Assembly (NCBI GenBank): GCA_945907765.1
Contig: CAMDTO010000005.1
Span: forward strand, 1-54,339
Length of the DNA stretch: 54,339 nucleotides
Source of the DNA: Thermoflexus hugenholtzii JAD2
GTDB taxonomy: Bacteria > Chloroflexota > UBA11872 > UBA12225
Reading direction: 5' to 3'
Both the position numbers and the translations under genes were made by a program. The notes beneath the pieces are model-generated. The model had not been told where the DNA came from. It saw only the letters and a list, made by a program, of their open reading frames with translations, and made no database searches. Below are positions 36,952 through 46,647 of this stretch, piece after piece. Each line of letters opens with the position of its first letter. The stretch's first letter is position 1.

Positions 36952-37144
36952 GGTACCGGCGATGTGTCACGGCAATGTATCAGGACGTGTGACTTGCGAG
37001 CCGCACTCGTTTCGGATTCTTGTGACGATCAGGTTCCCGGTTCCCGGTGTACGCTTCGGTGAATTCGGTGACTACGAATTGGCATGGGCGGTCACCCCGT
37101 CCCGATGACTGGTGATGCGCGGTCACAAAGAAGGGGAAGAACTC

Positions 37145-38191
37145 ATGAAGGCGATGCAAATCACCGGGTTTGGCGGTCCCGAACACCTTCACCTTGCTGA
37201 GGTACCGACGCCCGAACCGGGACCCGGAGAGGTACGCATCCGGGTGACGCGTTGCGGCGTCAACCCAGTGGACCGGTCGCAGGTCCTGGGACGATGGACA
37301 TGGCTCGAGTTGCCTCATATCCCCGGTTCTGAAATTCTCGGGGTGGTCGACAAGGTGGGACCAGGGGTCGCCACCGTCAGTGTCGGCCAGCGTGTGGGAG
37401 TGGCTCTCCGTCTGTTCTGCAATCAATGCCACTACTGTTTGCGCGGTCAGGAGCAGCTGTGCATGGCTGACCCGCGCACGACCGTCTCACCGGCTATTCC
37501 TGGGGCATTCACCGAAGGTGGCTATGCGGAGTACACGGTTGTGCCGGCCATGAATGCAATTCCCGTTCCCGCCGGGGTGGACGATGACAGCGCATGCGCG
37601 GCCACCCTCGATGGCGTCACTGCGTGGCACATGATTGAGCGGGCACGGATTGCGGCTGGCGACAGGGTTCTGGTGGTAGGCGCGTCTGGCGGACTTGGAA
37701 CCCTGTTCCTCCAACTGGTCCGCCAACGTGGCGCCGTTCCCGTTGCGGTCACGGGGAACATTGCCCATTCGGCCGCCTTTCATGCCCTTGGTGCGGAGGC
37801 GGTCATTGACCGGACAGCGGGAAACGTTGTTGATGAGGTGCGTGTCTTGACCGACGGACGGGGCATGGACGTCGTGCTCGACCCGACTGGGGCGGCGTCA
37901 TGGACCGCAAGCATCGGTGCGTTGGCACGCGGCGGACGCTATGTCACCTGCGGCATCCTCACTGGCGCCGAAGTCACCCTGAACCTGGCGCCGTTCTACG
38001 CACAGGAACAGGAAGTGATCGGGTCGACTGGGGGGTCACGGCGGGATCTGGTCGACTGCTTCGACGCAATCTCGAGAGGCATCTTCAAGTTCCCGATCCA
38101 CGCACGGTATCCACTTTCCGGTGCGGCTGACGCGATGAGTGCGCTCAGCGACCCGGCTCGATTGGGGAAGGTTCTGCTGGCGATCGGCTAG
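37145..38191 (+). CDS. Zinc-binding alcohol dehydrogenase/quinone oxidoreductase (MDR superfamily)
   Basis: MKAMQI, CGVNPVD, PGSEILGVV, structural-Zn motif CNQCHYCLRGQEQLC, VVGASGGLG, GKVLL. Confidence 0.93.
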   Translation: MKAMQITGFGGPEHLHLAEVPTPEPGPGEVRIRVTRCGVNPVDRSQVLGRWTWLELPHIPGSEILGVVDKVGPGVATVSVGQRVGVALRLFCNQCHYCLRGQEQLCMADPRTTVSPAIPGAFTEGGYAEYTVVPAMNAIPVPAGVDDDSACAATLDGVTAWHMIERARIAAGDRVLVVGASGGLGTLFLQLVRQRGAVPVAVTGNIAHSAAFHALGAEAVIDRTAGNVVDEVRVLTDGRGMDVVLDPTGAASWTASIGALARGGRYVTCGILTGAEVTLNLAPFYAQEQEVIGSTGGSRRDLVDCFDAISRGIFKFPIHARYPLSGAADAMSALSDPARLGKVLLAIG

Positions 38192-38275
38192 GGCTGAGGT
38201 GTTTCGCCCGGACACGTTCAAACGGGGACGTCCCGGGCGGACACGCCACGCCGTGGAAGGATGGTCTTCATCTTC

Positions 38276-39103
38276 ATGTCTGGATTGCGGGTACTTGGCT
38301 CGACAAGTGGGCTTGTTCCGGGAGATCGGTTTTGCACGTCTCTGGTGGTGAACATCGGGGACGGGGTAGTCGTGCTGGATGCCGGGGCACCGCTTGCAAC
38401 GCTCCTTCCCCAGGCGGGCATCGAATTCTCGGCAATTCGTGCCTTGCTCCTGACCCACTGGCACGCTGATCACAGTGCGGGGCTACCGCTGCTTCTCCAG
38501 AGGCTCTGGCTTCACAATGCGATCACGGCACCGAAGCAGGGAACGCCACCCGTGATCATTCCGCTGTATGGTCCGCCCCTTTCGGCATATCGGCTCGACC
38601 TCCTCCGCTCGTTCTACCTTCTCCCGTTCGATGAAGTCTTGCGACGCGACATCTTTCCGTTGCCGGTCACCGACATGGCTCCGGATGAGCTGATTGACCT
38701 TGGTGGCGGTGCGTCGGCGTCCATGTACCTGACAACCCACTGGACCCACGCGCACGCCCAACGGCTGATCAACGAGAATTTCGGGGTTCCGCCAGTCGGG
38801 TACGGCATCCGTATGGTGGCGGGAGGCCACACACTCGTGTACTCCGGGGATGCCGGGTCTCCCGAGGATTGCCGCCCCTACCTTGCTGGCGCAGACCTGC
38901 TGGTGCACGAACTTGGGCATTTTCATGCCGGAGAGGTGGCACTGGTCGCAAAGGACGCCGGGGTGCCGAGGCTCTTGCTCGTTCACCTGAGCGAGGAATA
39001 CCACGGTGACATCGGCGCTGACCGGGCACTATCGGAGGCACGGAGTGCCGGGTACCACGGTGAAGTCATCGTGGCAAACGACGGTCTGGAGGTCCCGTTC
39101 TGA
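38276..39103 (+). CDS. MBL-fold metallo-hydrolase, RNase Z/AtsA-like
   Basis: VLDAG, THWHADH (HxHxDH), YSGDAG, LLVHE, LLLVHL. Confidence 0.88.
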   Translation: MSGLRVLGSTSGLVPGDRFCTSLVVNIGDGVVVLDAGAPLATLLPQAGIEFSAIRALLLTHWHADHSAGLPLLLQRLWLHNAITAPKQGTPPVIIPLYGPPLSAYRLDLLRSFYLLPFDEVLRRDIFPLPVTDMAPDELIDLGGGASASMYLTTHWTHAHAQRLINENFGVPPVGYGIRMVAGGHTLVYSGDAGSPEDCRPYLAGADLLVHELGHFHAGEVALVAKDAGVPRLLLVHLSEEYHGDIGADRALSEARSAGYHGEVIVANDGLEVPF

Positions 39104-39236
39104 CCATCAGGGGGTTTCGAGACGGTCGGGCACCGACGAATGGTTTGCAGGCTCGAGTGGTTTCACCACCGGATAGCCTCATTGTAGACGCGCGAACGCG
39201 CGGGACATCAAGGCTTGCGCGCGCGCAGCAGGTCGG

Positions 39237-40496
39237 TCAGGCATGCTGCTTGAAGGCCTGACCGTCCTTCATGATCAGGTGCATGTTCCCCGTGTCCTGA
39301 AGGACGCGAATGTCGGCGAGGGGATCGCCGTGAACGGCAAGGATGTCGGCACGCATCCCGACGGCGATGGTTCCCGTGAGTTGATCGAGTTGACAGCAAC
39401 GGGCTGCGACGGAGGTTGAAGCCACGATTGCCTGCATCGCGGTCATCCCGCCGAGAACCATCCGCTCGAGTTCTTCGGCATTGGTGCCATGCGGACCTAC
39501 CCCGCTATCCGTCCCCATCGCCACGGTGACGCCCAGTTCAACCGCCAGTTTGAAACTTGCCTGATGGTCGGCCATGACGGCGCGACCTTTCTCGACCGCC
39601 CAGGCAGGCACTGATGTGGGGTCTGCCTCGCCTCGCCGTACGACCCAGAGCGGTGCGATCAAGGTCGGAACCAGATAGGTCCCCCGCTTGCACATCTCCT
39701 CACAGATCTCTTCGGTGAGATAAATCCCGTGTTCGATCGAATCGACCCCGCACCGGACCGCATTCATGATCCCGACCGAGGCCTGCGCGTGGGACATCGT
39801 TGTCCTGCCAGCGGCGCGGGCTTCATTGACGATGGCCGTGATCTCCTCAATGCTGAACCCCGGCCGGCCGGGTTCGCTGCCCGGGCTCATGACGCCGCCG
39901 GAGGTCATCATCTTGATCTGGTCGGCGCCGGCGCGGATCAACTCGCGGACACCCGTGCGTGCTTCGTCCACGCCATCGACGACGGTCCAAGGGTGTTCGG
40001 ACATCGGGGAAGCGGCAGTGTCGGCGCGAAGTCGTACGCCGCTCCGGGTGGTTGAATCCCCGTGCCCACCGGTCTGTGAGAGCGCGCCAACCGAAATCCT
40101 GACGCGCGGTCCCGGAAACAGCCCTCGTTCAATTGCGAGTTTCGTGCCTCTTGGCATGCCACCGGCATCGCGCACGGAGGTGATCCCAGCCTCAAGTGTC
40201 AACCGGGCGTTGACAAGCGTCTCGGCCACTTGCAGGGAGTAGGGGGTCTGCAAGCGATCCTCAAGGCCTTTGGGAACCATGGCAAGGTGAACGTGACTGT
40301 CTATCAACCCGGGCATGACGGTCAGGTGACGTGCATCGATGACGGAACTTCCTGAAGGAGCGTCATGGCCGTCTGCGATTGCAGTGATCGTGCCATCGCT
40401 GATCGTGATCTTGACATGATGCCGGGGATCGTTCCCGGCACCGTCGATGAGGGTCCCGGCGAGGATGGTGGTCAATCCAGTGCCAAGTGAAGTCAT
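39237..40496 (-). CDS. Amidohydrolase family metal-dependent hydrolase (Xaa-Pro dipeptidase-like)
   Basis: VMPGLIDSHVH, AGITSVRDAGG, GADQIKMMTSGGV, SHAQ, DSIEHG, MGTDSG, ADILAVHGDPL. Confidence 0.93.
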   Translation of the reverse strand: MTSLGTGLTTILAGTLIDGAGNDPRHHVKITISDGTITAIADGHDAPSGSSVIDARHLTVMPGLIDSHVHLAMVPKGLEDRLQTPYSLQVAETLVNARLTLEAGITSVRDAGGMPRGTKLAIERGLFPGPRVRISVGALSQTGGHGDSTTRSGVRLRADTAASPMSEHPWTVVDGVDEARTGVRELIRAGADQIKMMTSGGVMSPGSEPGRPGFSIEEITAIVNEARAAGRTTMSHAQASVGIMNAVRCGVDSIEHGIYLTEEICEEMCKRGTYLVPTLIAPLWVVRRGEADPTSVPAWAVEKGRAVMADHQASFKLAVELGVTVAMGTDSGVGPHGTNAEELERMVLGGMTAMQAIVASTSVAARCCQLDQLTGTIAVGMRADILAVHGDPLADIRVLQDTGNMHLIMKDGQAFKQHA

Positions 40497-40580
40497 GGGC
40501 AATCTCCTCCGCGCAATCGTATCCGTGCCGGCATGCCTGCATGCCGACGCCGGAAGGTTTGGGAGTACCCTTTCCGGGTG

Positions 40581-41666
40581 ATGAAGATTGATCCCTTGAC
40601 AAACCTGCCAGAGGGCCATGCCCTCGCCACGCATCCCCTGAGTGCGACCGGCATTGCGGGAGGCATTGCGGATCGCAGCGCACCGGACCGGTACGCCACG
40701 ATGCAGTACCGCCGGTCGGGCCATAGTGGCCTCCTCTTACCGGCCATTTCCCTGGGCGGTTGGGAGACCTACGGCGGCTATCGCGGGGCCGAGGTTGCCC
40801 AAGCGTGCCTCCACCGGGCTTTTGACCTCGGTATCACGCACTTTGACTTTGCGAACAATTACGGAACGCCGCCGGGCAGTTCGGAAATCATCTGCGGCGA
40901 AATCATCCGGCGAGACCTGCCTCGCGATGAACTCATCATCAGTTCGAAGGCCGGCTACCGGATGTGGCCCGGACCCTATGGCGACATGTTGTCAAAGAAG
41001 TATCTTGTGGCGAGTTGCGAGCAAAGCCTCAAGCGGATGGGGCTCGACTACTTCGATATCTTCTACCTGCATCGCACCGATCCGGTCACGCCCCTCGAGG
41101 AAAGTCTGGGCGCACTTGACCAGCTCATCCGGCAGGGCAAAGTCCTTTACGGTGGTGTGAGCAGTTTCAACGGCGCGCACTTCGCTCAATCCGTTCGGAT
41201 CGTGCGTGAACATGACTGGGCGCCGGTAACGATCCACCAACCGTACTACAACCTCTTGCGTCGGACGATTGAGTGGGATCTGCTCCCACAGACCGAACGG
41301 GCAGGGACGGGCGTCATCGCGTTCTGTCCGTTGGCCAGTGGCCTGCTCACCTCGAAGTACCTGAGTGGTTCCGTACCGGCGGATTCGCGTGCTGCCCTTC
41401 GGTGGGGTGAAGAGACCACGGCGCAGCGCCTCACCGATCGTGACCTGGGCACCGTTCGGTCGCTTAACGAGATTGCCAAGGCGCGGGGACAGTCGCTGGC
41501 ACAAATGGCCATTGCCTGGATCCTGAGGCTGCCGGGTGTCACGAGTGCATTGATCGGCGCGTCCCGTCCCGAACAGATTGACGAGAATGTCGCGGCCCTC
41601 AATACCCTGTCTTTTTCAACCGAGGAGTTGGCGTCGATAGACGCACTGACCAAGGCGCGTCCCTAG
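40581..41666 (+). CDS. Aldo/keto reductase, YghZ/Gpr (L-glyceraldehyde-3-phosphate reductase)-like
   Basis: PDRYATMQYRRSG.SGL.LPAISLG, THFDFANNYG.PPG, IISSKAGY.MWPGPYG, SKKYL; start approximate. Confidence 0.9.
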   Translation: MKIDPLTNLPEGHALATHPLSATGIAGGIADRSAPDRYATMQYRRSGHSGLLLPAISLGGWETYGGYRGAEVAQACLHRAFDLGITHFDFANNYGTPPGSSEIICGEIIRRDLPRDELIISSKAGYRMWPGPYGDMLSKKYLVASCEQSLKRMGLDYFDIFYLHRTDPVTPLEESLGALDQLIRQGKVLYGGVSSFNGAHFAQSVRIVREHDWAPVTIHQPYYNLLRRTIEWDLLPQTERAGTGVIAFCPLASGLLTSKYLSGSVPADSRAALRWGEETTAQRLTDRDLGTVRSLNEIAKARGQSLAQMAIAWILRLPGVTSALIGASRPEQIDENVAALNTLSFSTEELASIDALTKARP

Positions 41667-41682
41667 TTCCGAGCGGGTCAAC

Positions 41683-41717
41683 GGGAGGGGGCGTGCCGGC
41701 TGGTGCGTCCTTCTCCC
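41683..41717. terminator. GC-rich hairpin between convergent AKR and epimerase genes
   Basis: GGGAGGGGGCG ... CGTCCTTCTCCC can pair with G-U pairs and one bulge. Confidence 0.35.
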
Positions 41718-41759
41718 ATCACCCGTGCCACTGGCCCGAATGCCTTTCCGTGGTCATGA

Positions 41760-42746
41760 TTAGCCGGTGGGCACGACGCGTATGTCTGTCCCACCGATGA
41801 ATGCGACGGCATCATCAATCATTCGGTGCGTGCCGTACTGCGGTTGGTATCCAAGCAGCGAACGGCATCGCGTGAGGTCGAACTCATAGTAGGTGGGGGT
41901 GCCCGCATCCCGGGCATCAACATAGGTTCGCCCGAGTTTCGCTGCCAGGTAGGGAATGGTGGTGTCCCAGTCGAATGCCTCGGGCGCGCCTAGCTGGATC
42001 GCGTGGCCTCGGGCGGCAGGGTGGTCAAGGGCCGCAACGCAGCCACCTACGATGTCGCGGACGTCCGCGACATGCTTGCGCCATGGGCGCCCGTTGCGAT
42101 CACGCATCACCACGAGGGCGTCGTCGGCGACCGGCCCCGGGCCAATCACTTCCAGTCCCTTTCGCTGCGCTTTCATCGGGGCGAGGTGGAACTGGGGGAA
42201 GGTGGCAAATTCGCCGGCGCCGACGACCAGCGCGAACCGGAGCGCAACAACCGGCATGCCAAAACTCCGGGCATACCCAAGTCCGAGATCTTCGGCCAGT
42301 GACTTGGTGACTGCGTAGTACCCGGCGGGCTTGGCAGGCAGTGTCTCGCTGACGGGCGCCGTCATCCCGTCAGGAAGGTACTTTTCGTAGACAGCGTCCG
42401 TGCTGGCGATGGCTACGGTCGCGAGATCAGGAATCGACTTTGCCGCTTCGAGCACATTGAATGTGCCACGCACATTAATATCGAAGTACTCCGCAGGCGT
42501 GAATGGCCCTCCGCCCTGGAATGCCCCACCCAGGTGGTAGATGGCTTGGACGCCGGCACAAGCGCGTGAGATCGCGTCCGGGTCGGTTAGCGTGCCCTCG
42601 ACGAGTTCCAGCCCGAGCCCGGCGAGCTTCTCCGTACGGGCATCACGCGCCCAGACAAGGCCTCGAACGTCGTGACCCTGTTGCACAAGCGATGACGCGA
42701 GGTTCGCGCCAATGCGTCCAGTGACGCCGGTGATGAGGATGCGCAT
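41760..42746 (-). CDS. NAD-dependent epimerase/dehydratase family protein
   Basis: MRILITGVTGRIG, AIYHLGG, INVRGTFNVLEAA, ASTDAVY, YAVTK (YxxxK), VADVRDIV. Confidence 0.9.
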   Translation of the reverse strand: MRILITGVTGRIGANLASSLVQQGHDVRGLVWARDARTEKLAGLGLELVEGTLTDPDAISRACAGVQAIYHLGGAFQGGGPFTPAEYFDINVRGTFNVLEAAKSIPDLATVAIASTDAVYEKYLPDGMTAPVSETLPAKPAGYYAVTKSLAEDLGLGYARSFGMPVVALRFALVVGAGEFATFPQFHLAPMKAQRKGLEVIGPGPVADDALVVMRDRNGRPWRKHVADVRDIVGGCVAALDHPAARGHAIQLGAPEAFDWDTTIPYLAAKLGRTYVDARDAGTPTYYEFDLTRCRSLLGYQPQYGTHRMIDDAVAFIGGTDIRVVPTG

Positions 42747-42858
42747 CGGTGATCTCCTATGCCATGTCCAGGTCAGGGAACTGGGACGGACAACGTACCA
42801 TGGGACGATGCTGTCTGGCTTCGGCAACGTGACTTTGTGCAGGGAACAAGAGCAATTC

Positions 42859-44409
42859 ATGGGAGCGACGGACCCGGTGCCGGCGAGTGACGGGATCATG
42901 GAGGCGGGGCGCGCCCGGCAACTCCTGACCGGTGCACTCCTTGTAGCAATGAGCACCGTCGCCTTCGAGACGACCGTCGTCGGCGCGGCCCTGCCGTCAA
43001 TCGCTGGAGAACTCCAGGGATTTGCGCTGTATCCGTGGGTCTTTTCCGGGTATCTGCTCACGTCGACCACCACAGCGCCCCTCTACGGAAAGATGTCCGA
43101 CGTTTTCGGGCGTCGTCCGCTCTTCTTTCTCGGATTGACAATATTCACGCTTGGCACGTTCCTGTGCGGGTTGGCGTGGAACATGCCCATGCTCGTCATT
43201 TCCCGCCTCATCCAAGGAGTTGGTGCCGGCGCGGTCCTGCCGCTGACGCTGACCGTCATGGGAGACATCTACTCAATCCAAGACCGGGTCCGGGTCCAGG
43301 CGATCACCTCAAGCATGTGGGGCTTCTTCAGTCTCATCGGACCCTCGGTCGGCGCATTGATGACCCAATACGTGTCGTGGCGCTGGGTGTTCTGGTCAAA
43401 CCTTCCGCTGTGCCTGCTGTCAATCGTCTTTCTTGGTATTCACCTCAAGGAGAAGGTCAGCCGGCGAGTGGTCACGATTGATTACGCGGGGGCAATCACC
43501 CTAACGGCGGGCCTGGTCTGCCTTTTGCTTGTCGCCCTTGAGGGAGGACGGTCTCTGCCGTGGGGTTCTCCCGAAATGTACGCATGTATCACCGCTGGTG
43601 TGGCCCTGCTCGTGGTCTTCGGATTTGTCGAACGGCGGGCACCGGAACCGATCCTGCCGTTTGCGGCGTTTCGCCTCCGCCCGGTCGCGGTTGGCAACGC
43701 TGGCAATGTGCTGGTCGGCTTAACGAACTTCGTCCTCGCCTCATTTGTGCCGTTGCTCGTGCAAGGGGTCCGCGGTGATGGCGCGACCGGGACAAGTGCT
43801 GTCCTGACCCCACTGGCGTCAGCTTGGTCGATCGCGGCGATCGTGAGCGGGCGGATCTACCTGGCACTCGGGTTTCGCATGTCGGCATTCCTGGGAACCG
43901 GGACGATCGCCTTGGGGTGCATTGGCCTGGCCATGACCGGCACGAATGCACCGCTCTGGGCTATCGCGCTTGCCATGGGCGTCACCGGCATCGGTCTTGG
44001 TCTGTCCTCGACGGCGTTTCTCTACGCGCCCCAAGTCGCGGTCCCGTGGAACCAGCGAGGCGCGGTGACCTCGTCAACGCAGTTTGCCAGGAATATCGCC
44101 GGAGCGATCGGTGTCGCCATTGGAGGCGGATTGCTGAACAGCCGCCTCATCGACGCGGCGGAAGCGTCCGGTGCATCACCATCAGAGGCGGTGCCCCTCG
44201 TATCCCAGTTATTGTCGGCGTCGGACCGTGCCCAGATTGACCCGGTTACGGCTGCCAAGTTGACCGGGATACTCGGTTCCGAGTTGATGACGATCATCAC
44301 GGTGCTAGCAGCCATATCGGTCGCCGGCACCGTCTTCATGATCGCCTTGGCGCGTGACCCCAGCCCCGCAGAACCCAAGACCGTCGCTGCCATGTCGGTT
44401 CACGACTGA
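42859..44409 (+). CDS. MFS drug:H+ antiporter-like transporter (DHA2/EmrB-QacA, 14-TM type)
   Basis: GKMSDVFGRRP (motif A), SRLIQGVGAG, WRWVFWSNLP, PEPILP. Confidence 0.93.
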   Translation: MGATDPVPASDGIMEAGRARQLLTGALLVAMSTVAFETTVVGAALPSIAGELQGFALYPWVFSGYLLTSTTTAPLYGKMSDVFGRRPLFFLGLTIFTLGTFLCGLAWNMPMLVISRLIQGVGAGAVLPLTLTVMGDIYSIQDRVRVQAITSSMWGFFSLIGPSVGALMTQYVSWRWVFWSNLPLCLLSIVFLGIHLKEKVSRRVVTIDYAGAITLTAGLVCLLLVALEGGRSLPWGSPEMYACITAGVALLVVFGFVERRAPEPILPFAAFRLRPVAVGNAGNVLVGLTNFVLASFVPLLVQGVRGDGATGTSAVLTPLASAWSIAAIVSGRIYLALGFRMSAFLGTGTIALGCIGLAMTGTNAPLWAIALAMGVTGIGLGLSSTAFLYAPQVAVPWNQRGAVTSSTQFARNIAGAIGVAIGGGLLNSRLIDAAEASGASPSEAVPLVSQLLSASDRAQIDPVTAAKLTGILGSELMTIITVLAAISVAGTVFMIALARDPSPAEPKTVAAMSVHD

Positions 44410-44429
44410 CTTCGGCTGGTCAGGTCCTC

Positions 44430-44456
44430 CCTCCCTCGTCGAGTGAACAAGGGAGG
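44430..44456. terminator. Hairpin between convergent MFS and Gfo/Idh/MocA genes
   Basis: CCTCCCT ... AGGGAGG inverted repeat. Confidence 0.35.
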
Positions 44457-44464
44457 TCTCGGCC

Positions 44465-45442
44465 TTACGCCAATGTGATGACTTGACCCGTCATCGCCGA
44501 CGTGTTTGCCGCGAGGCAGATCTCCAAGCTTCGGGCGGCATCGTCGTAATCCTGACGCAATGCCGATCGGTCCCCTGTCCGTGACGCATGAAGGAATGCG
44601 TGGGCAATGGTGATCGTCGGGTCAATCTCGGAGGGGATCATTTCCACGGTTCCATCTCGGAAGAGCAGTTCGAAGTTGTGGCCCCGGATCTTGACTACCA
44701 GCCCTTCGGCCACGATGTCATGGCCCCACGAACCCTGGATGCCCGGAAACGCACCGTACGTCGTGGCCACACTTCCGACCGCACCGCCCTTGCACGCAAA
44801 GCTGACGCTGTAGGAGTCCCAGTTGTCCCACCCATCGGACTTCTCGTAGAGGGCATCGTTGTACCGGGCGTACATCGAGACCGGTTCGCCCCGGTCGCCA
44901 AGAAGGTAGCGCGTGAGGTCCAGCGGATGGATCTGGTTCTCGACAATGTGTCCGCCACCCCAGGCCCGATCCCAGTTTGCCTTGATGTCGGGCTTCTGGC
45001 GGTAGCCCCACGTGTGGATCAGGGCGATCTTTCGGCCCGCAAGGGCCTCGCGCGTGCGGGCGGCCCCGGTCGCGTAGCGGTGTTGCTGGCAGACCATGAC
45101 AAGTCGGTCGGCCGTGGTGGCTACGTGCCGGAGACGGGCAACCTCAGCGAGGTCAAAGGCGACTGGCTTTTCAATCATGACCGTTGCGCCGACGCCGATG
45201 GCATCGATGGCCTGGTCGACGTGAAGGGGTGGCGGTGACGTCAGGAAGACGGCCTGGGGTTGGGTCATCTCGAGTGCTTGGCGGTGGTCAGTGAACACTT
45301 CCCCACCGATCTCGGATGCCAACGCCGATGCACGTGCGGTATCGGGATCGACGACGCCCACGACCTCTGTCCCGGAAAAAGCAGCCGCGGCACGTCCGTG
45401 GACAATCCCGCGACGACCGGCGCCGACGATGACGACATTCAT
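44465..45442 (-). CDS. Gfo/Idh/MocA family oxidoreductase
   Basis: VVIVGAGRRG..H, TSPPPLH, VMIEKP, GGGHIVENQIHPLD. Confidence 0.92.
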   Translation of the reverse strand: MNVVIVGAGRRGIVHGRAAAAFSGTEVVGVVDPDTARASALASEIGGEVFTDHRQALEMTQPQAVFLTSPPPLHVDQAIDAIGVGATVMIEKPVAFDLAEVARLRHVATTADRLVMVCQQHRYATGAARTREALAGRKIALIHTWGYRQKPDIKANWDRAWGGGHIVENQIHPLDLTRYLLGDRGEPVSMYARYNDALYEKSDGWDNWDSYSVSFACKGGAVGSVATTYGAFPGIQGSWGHDIVAEGLVVKIRGHNFELLFRDGTVEMIPSEIDPTITIAHAFLHASRTGDRSALRQDYDDAARSLEICLAANTSAMTGQVITLA

Positions 45443-45593
45443 GGTTGGTTCACCGGTTCCTTCCAAGCAAGGGGTTGCAACTGCGAGCGGTTGACGCAGG
45501 AGGTGCAACGGGCAGGATTGTCCCAGAGCCTTGCGGAGCCGAAGTATAGCGTCGTGCCCACGCTCGGGTTCACGTGCCGAGCAATTCAGCCGT

Positions 45594-46646
45594 CTACAAA
45601 TGGAACGCCTCGGCAATCGTGCATCCCAGACGCGCGATCGCCGCACCCACGACAGTGTGCGCGACTGCAAACCCGGATCGGAATGGCAGACCCAGCACAG
45701 GGTGCCCGTTCATTGCGAGTGGTGCATCTCCGTAGAGCTGCCCGGCGATCTCCGCGGGGTCGGTCGTTCCGCGGGCGTCCACCGGGAGTGCGTGAAGGAA
45801 TGTCATGTGTTCACAATTGCTAAGAGGGGGGTCTGGCAGCCCAGCTGATCCCGCTGGTGCAGTCATACCAGAGAAATGTACCGGGAGTTCGGCGTGGGAC
45901 CTGAACCCCGCTGCATGGGCGATCACACAGAGTGTGTCATGCCAATCACCCGGACGGGAAAAGGGGATTGCCCATGGTGTTCCCGGGTCTGCATGTAACG
46001 CGCTCACGAGGTTCGACGCGAGACACTTGCGGACGAGGTGATCTGCGAACGTTGGCACGGAGGTTGGACCGGTTACCGCTGACCGGTACCCCACTGCCAA
46101 GGCCCTTGTCGTCGCTGGTGGCAGTCGGGCCAAATTGCCTGGTGATGGCCAGGGTTGCACCGCGACCGTGCCCGGCGTATCGCCTCAGGCCTCACGTCCG
46201 TGACCGGAAAGCATGCTGTGGGCGTTTGAGGCATCGGCGGGAACGATCCATGCGGTTGCACTTGGAACCGGAGGGGTGCGACCGGGAAGGGAGAGGAAGT
46301 CTAGGGCTGCCCGCATTGTCCGTTCGACGATGCCAAGGAGATTTACATTACGGAATGTGTCAAATTGCCATTGCGTTCGGGTGCGATTGCGCGACGGATT
46401 GAACAGACCGAAGAACTGCTGGCTTGCAAGGATGGTCGAGCCATCAAGCCTTGCGGTATCGCGAACGGCTCCGATGGAGGCTGAACCTTGGCGCATCGCA
46501 CCATGGAACCCGCGCATTGCCGGGTCGGTCCCGTCGAGGAACGGTCTGGCGCGATCATGCCGGGACCGCGCCGGCAAACTTGACAGAAAAAGATTTTCAA
46601 GCGCCTCGCAACCCCCTTGAACGGTGACGGGTACGCCAGTTCCCAA
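45594..46646 (-). pseudogene. DUF2268-like (predicted Zn-peptidase family) reading frame with one in-frame TGA at 46185-46187
   Basis: ORFs 46185-46646 and 45594-46160 share one frame; IVPAD.SN...G..TPG.V.V..WP...NL.RLP, LYGD...MNG..VLGLPFRSGFAV...TIAEA resemble my recollection of DUF2268 proteins; HExxH absent. Confidence 0.55.
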
Positions 46647-46647
46647 G

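Noticed and set aside
33259-46592. 12-nt repeat TTGACAGAAAAA near 33259 and 46580
   Set aside because: The second copy lies within a coding frame and only two short copies exist; probably chance
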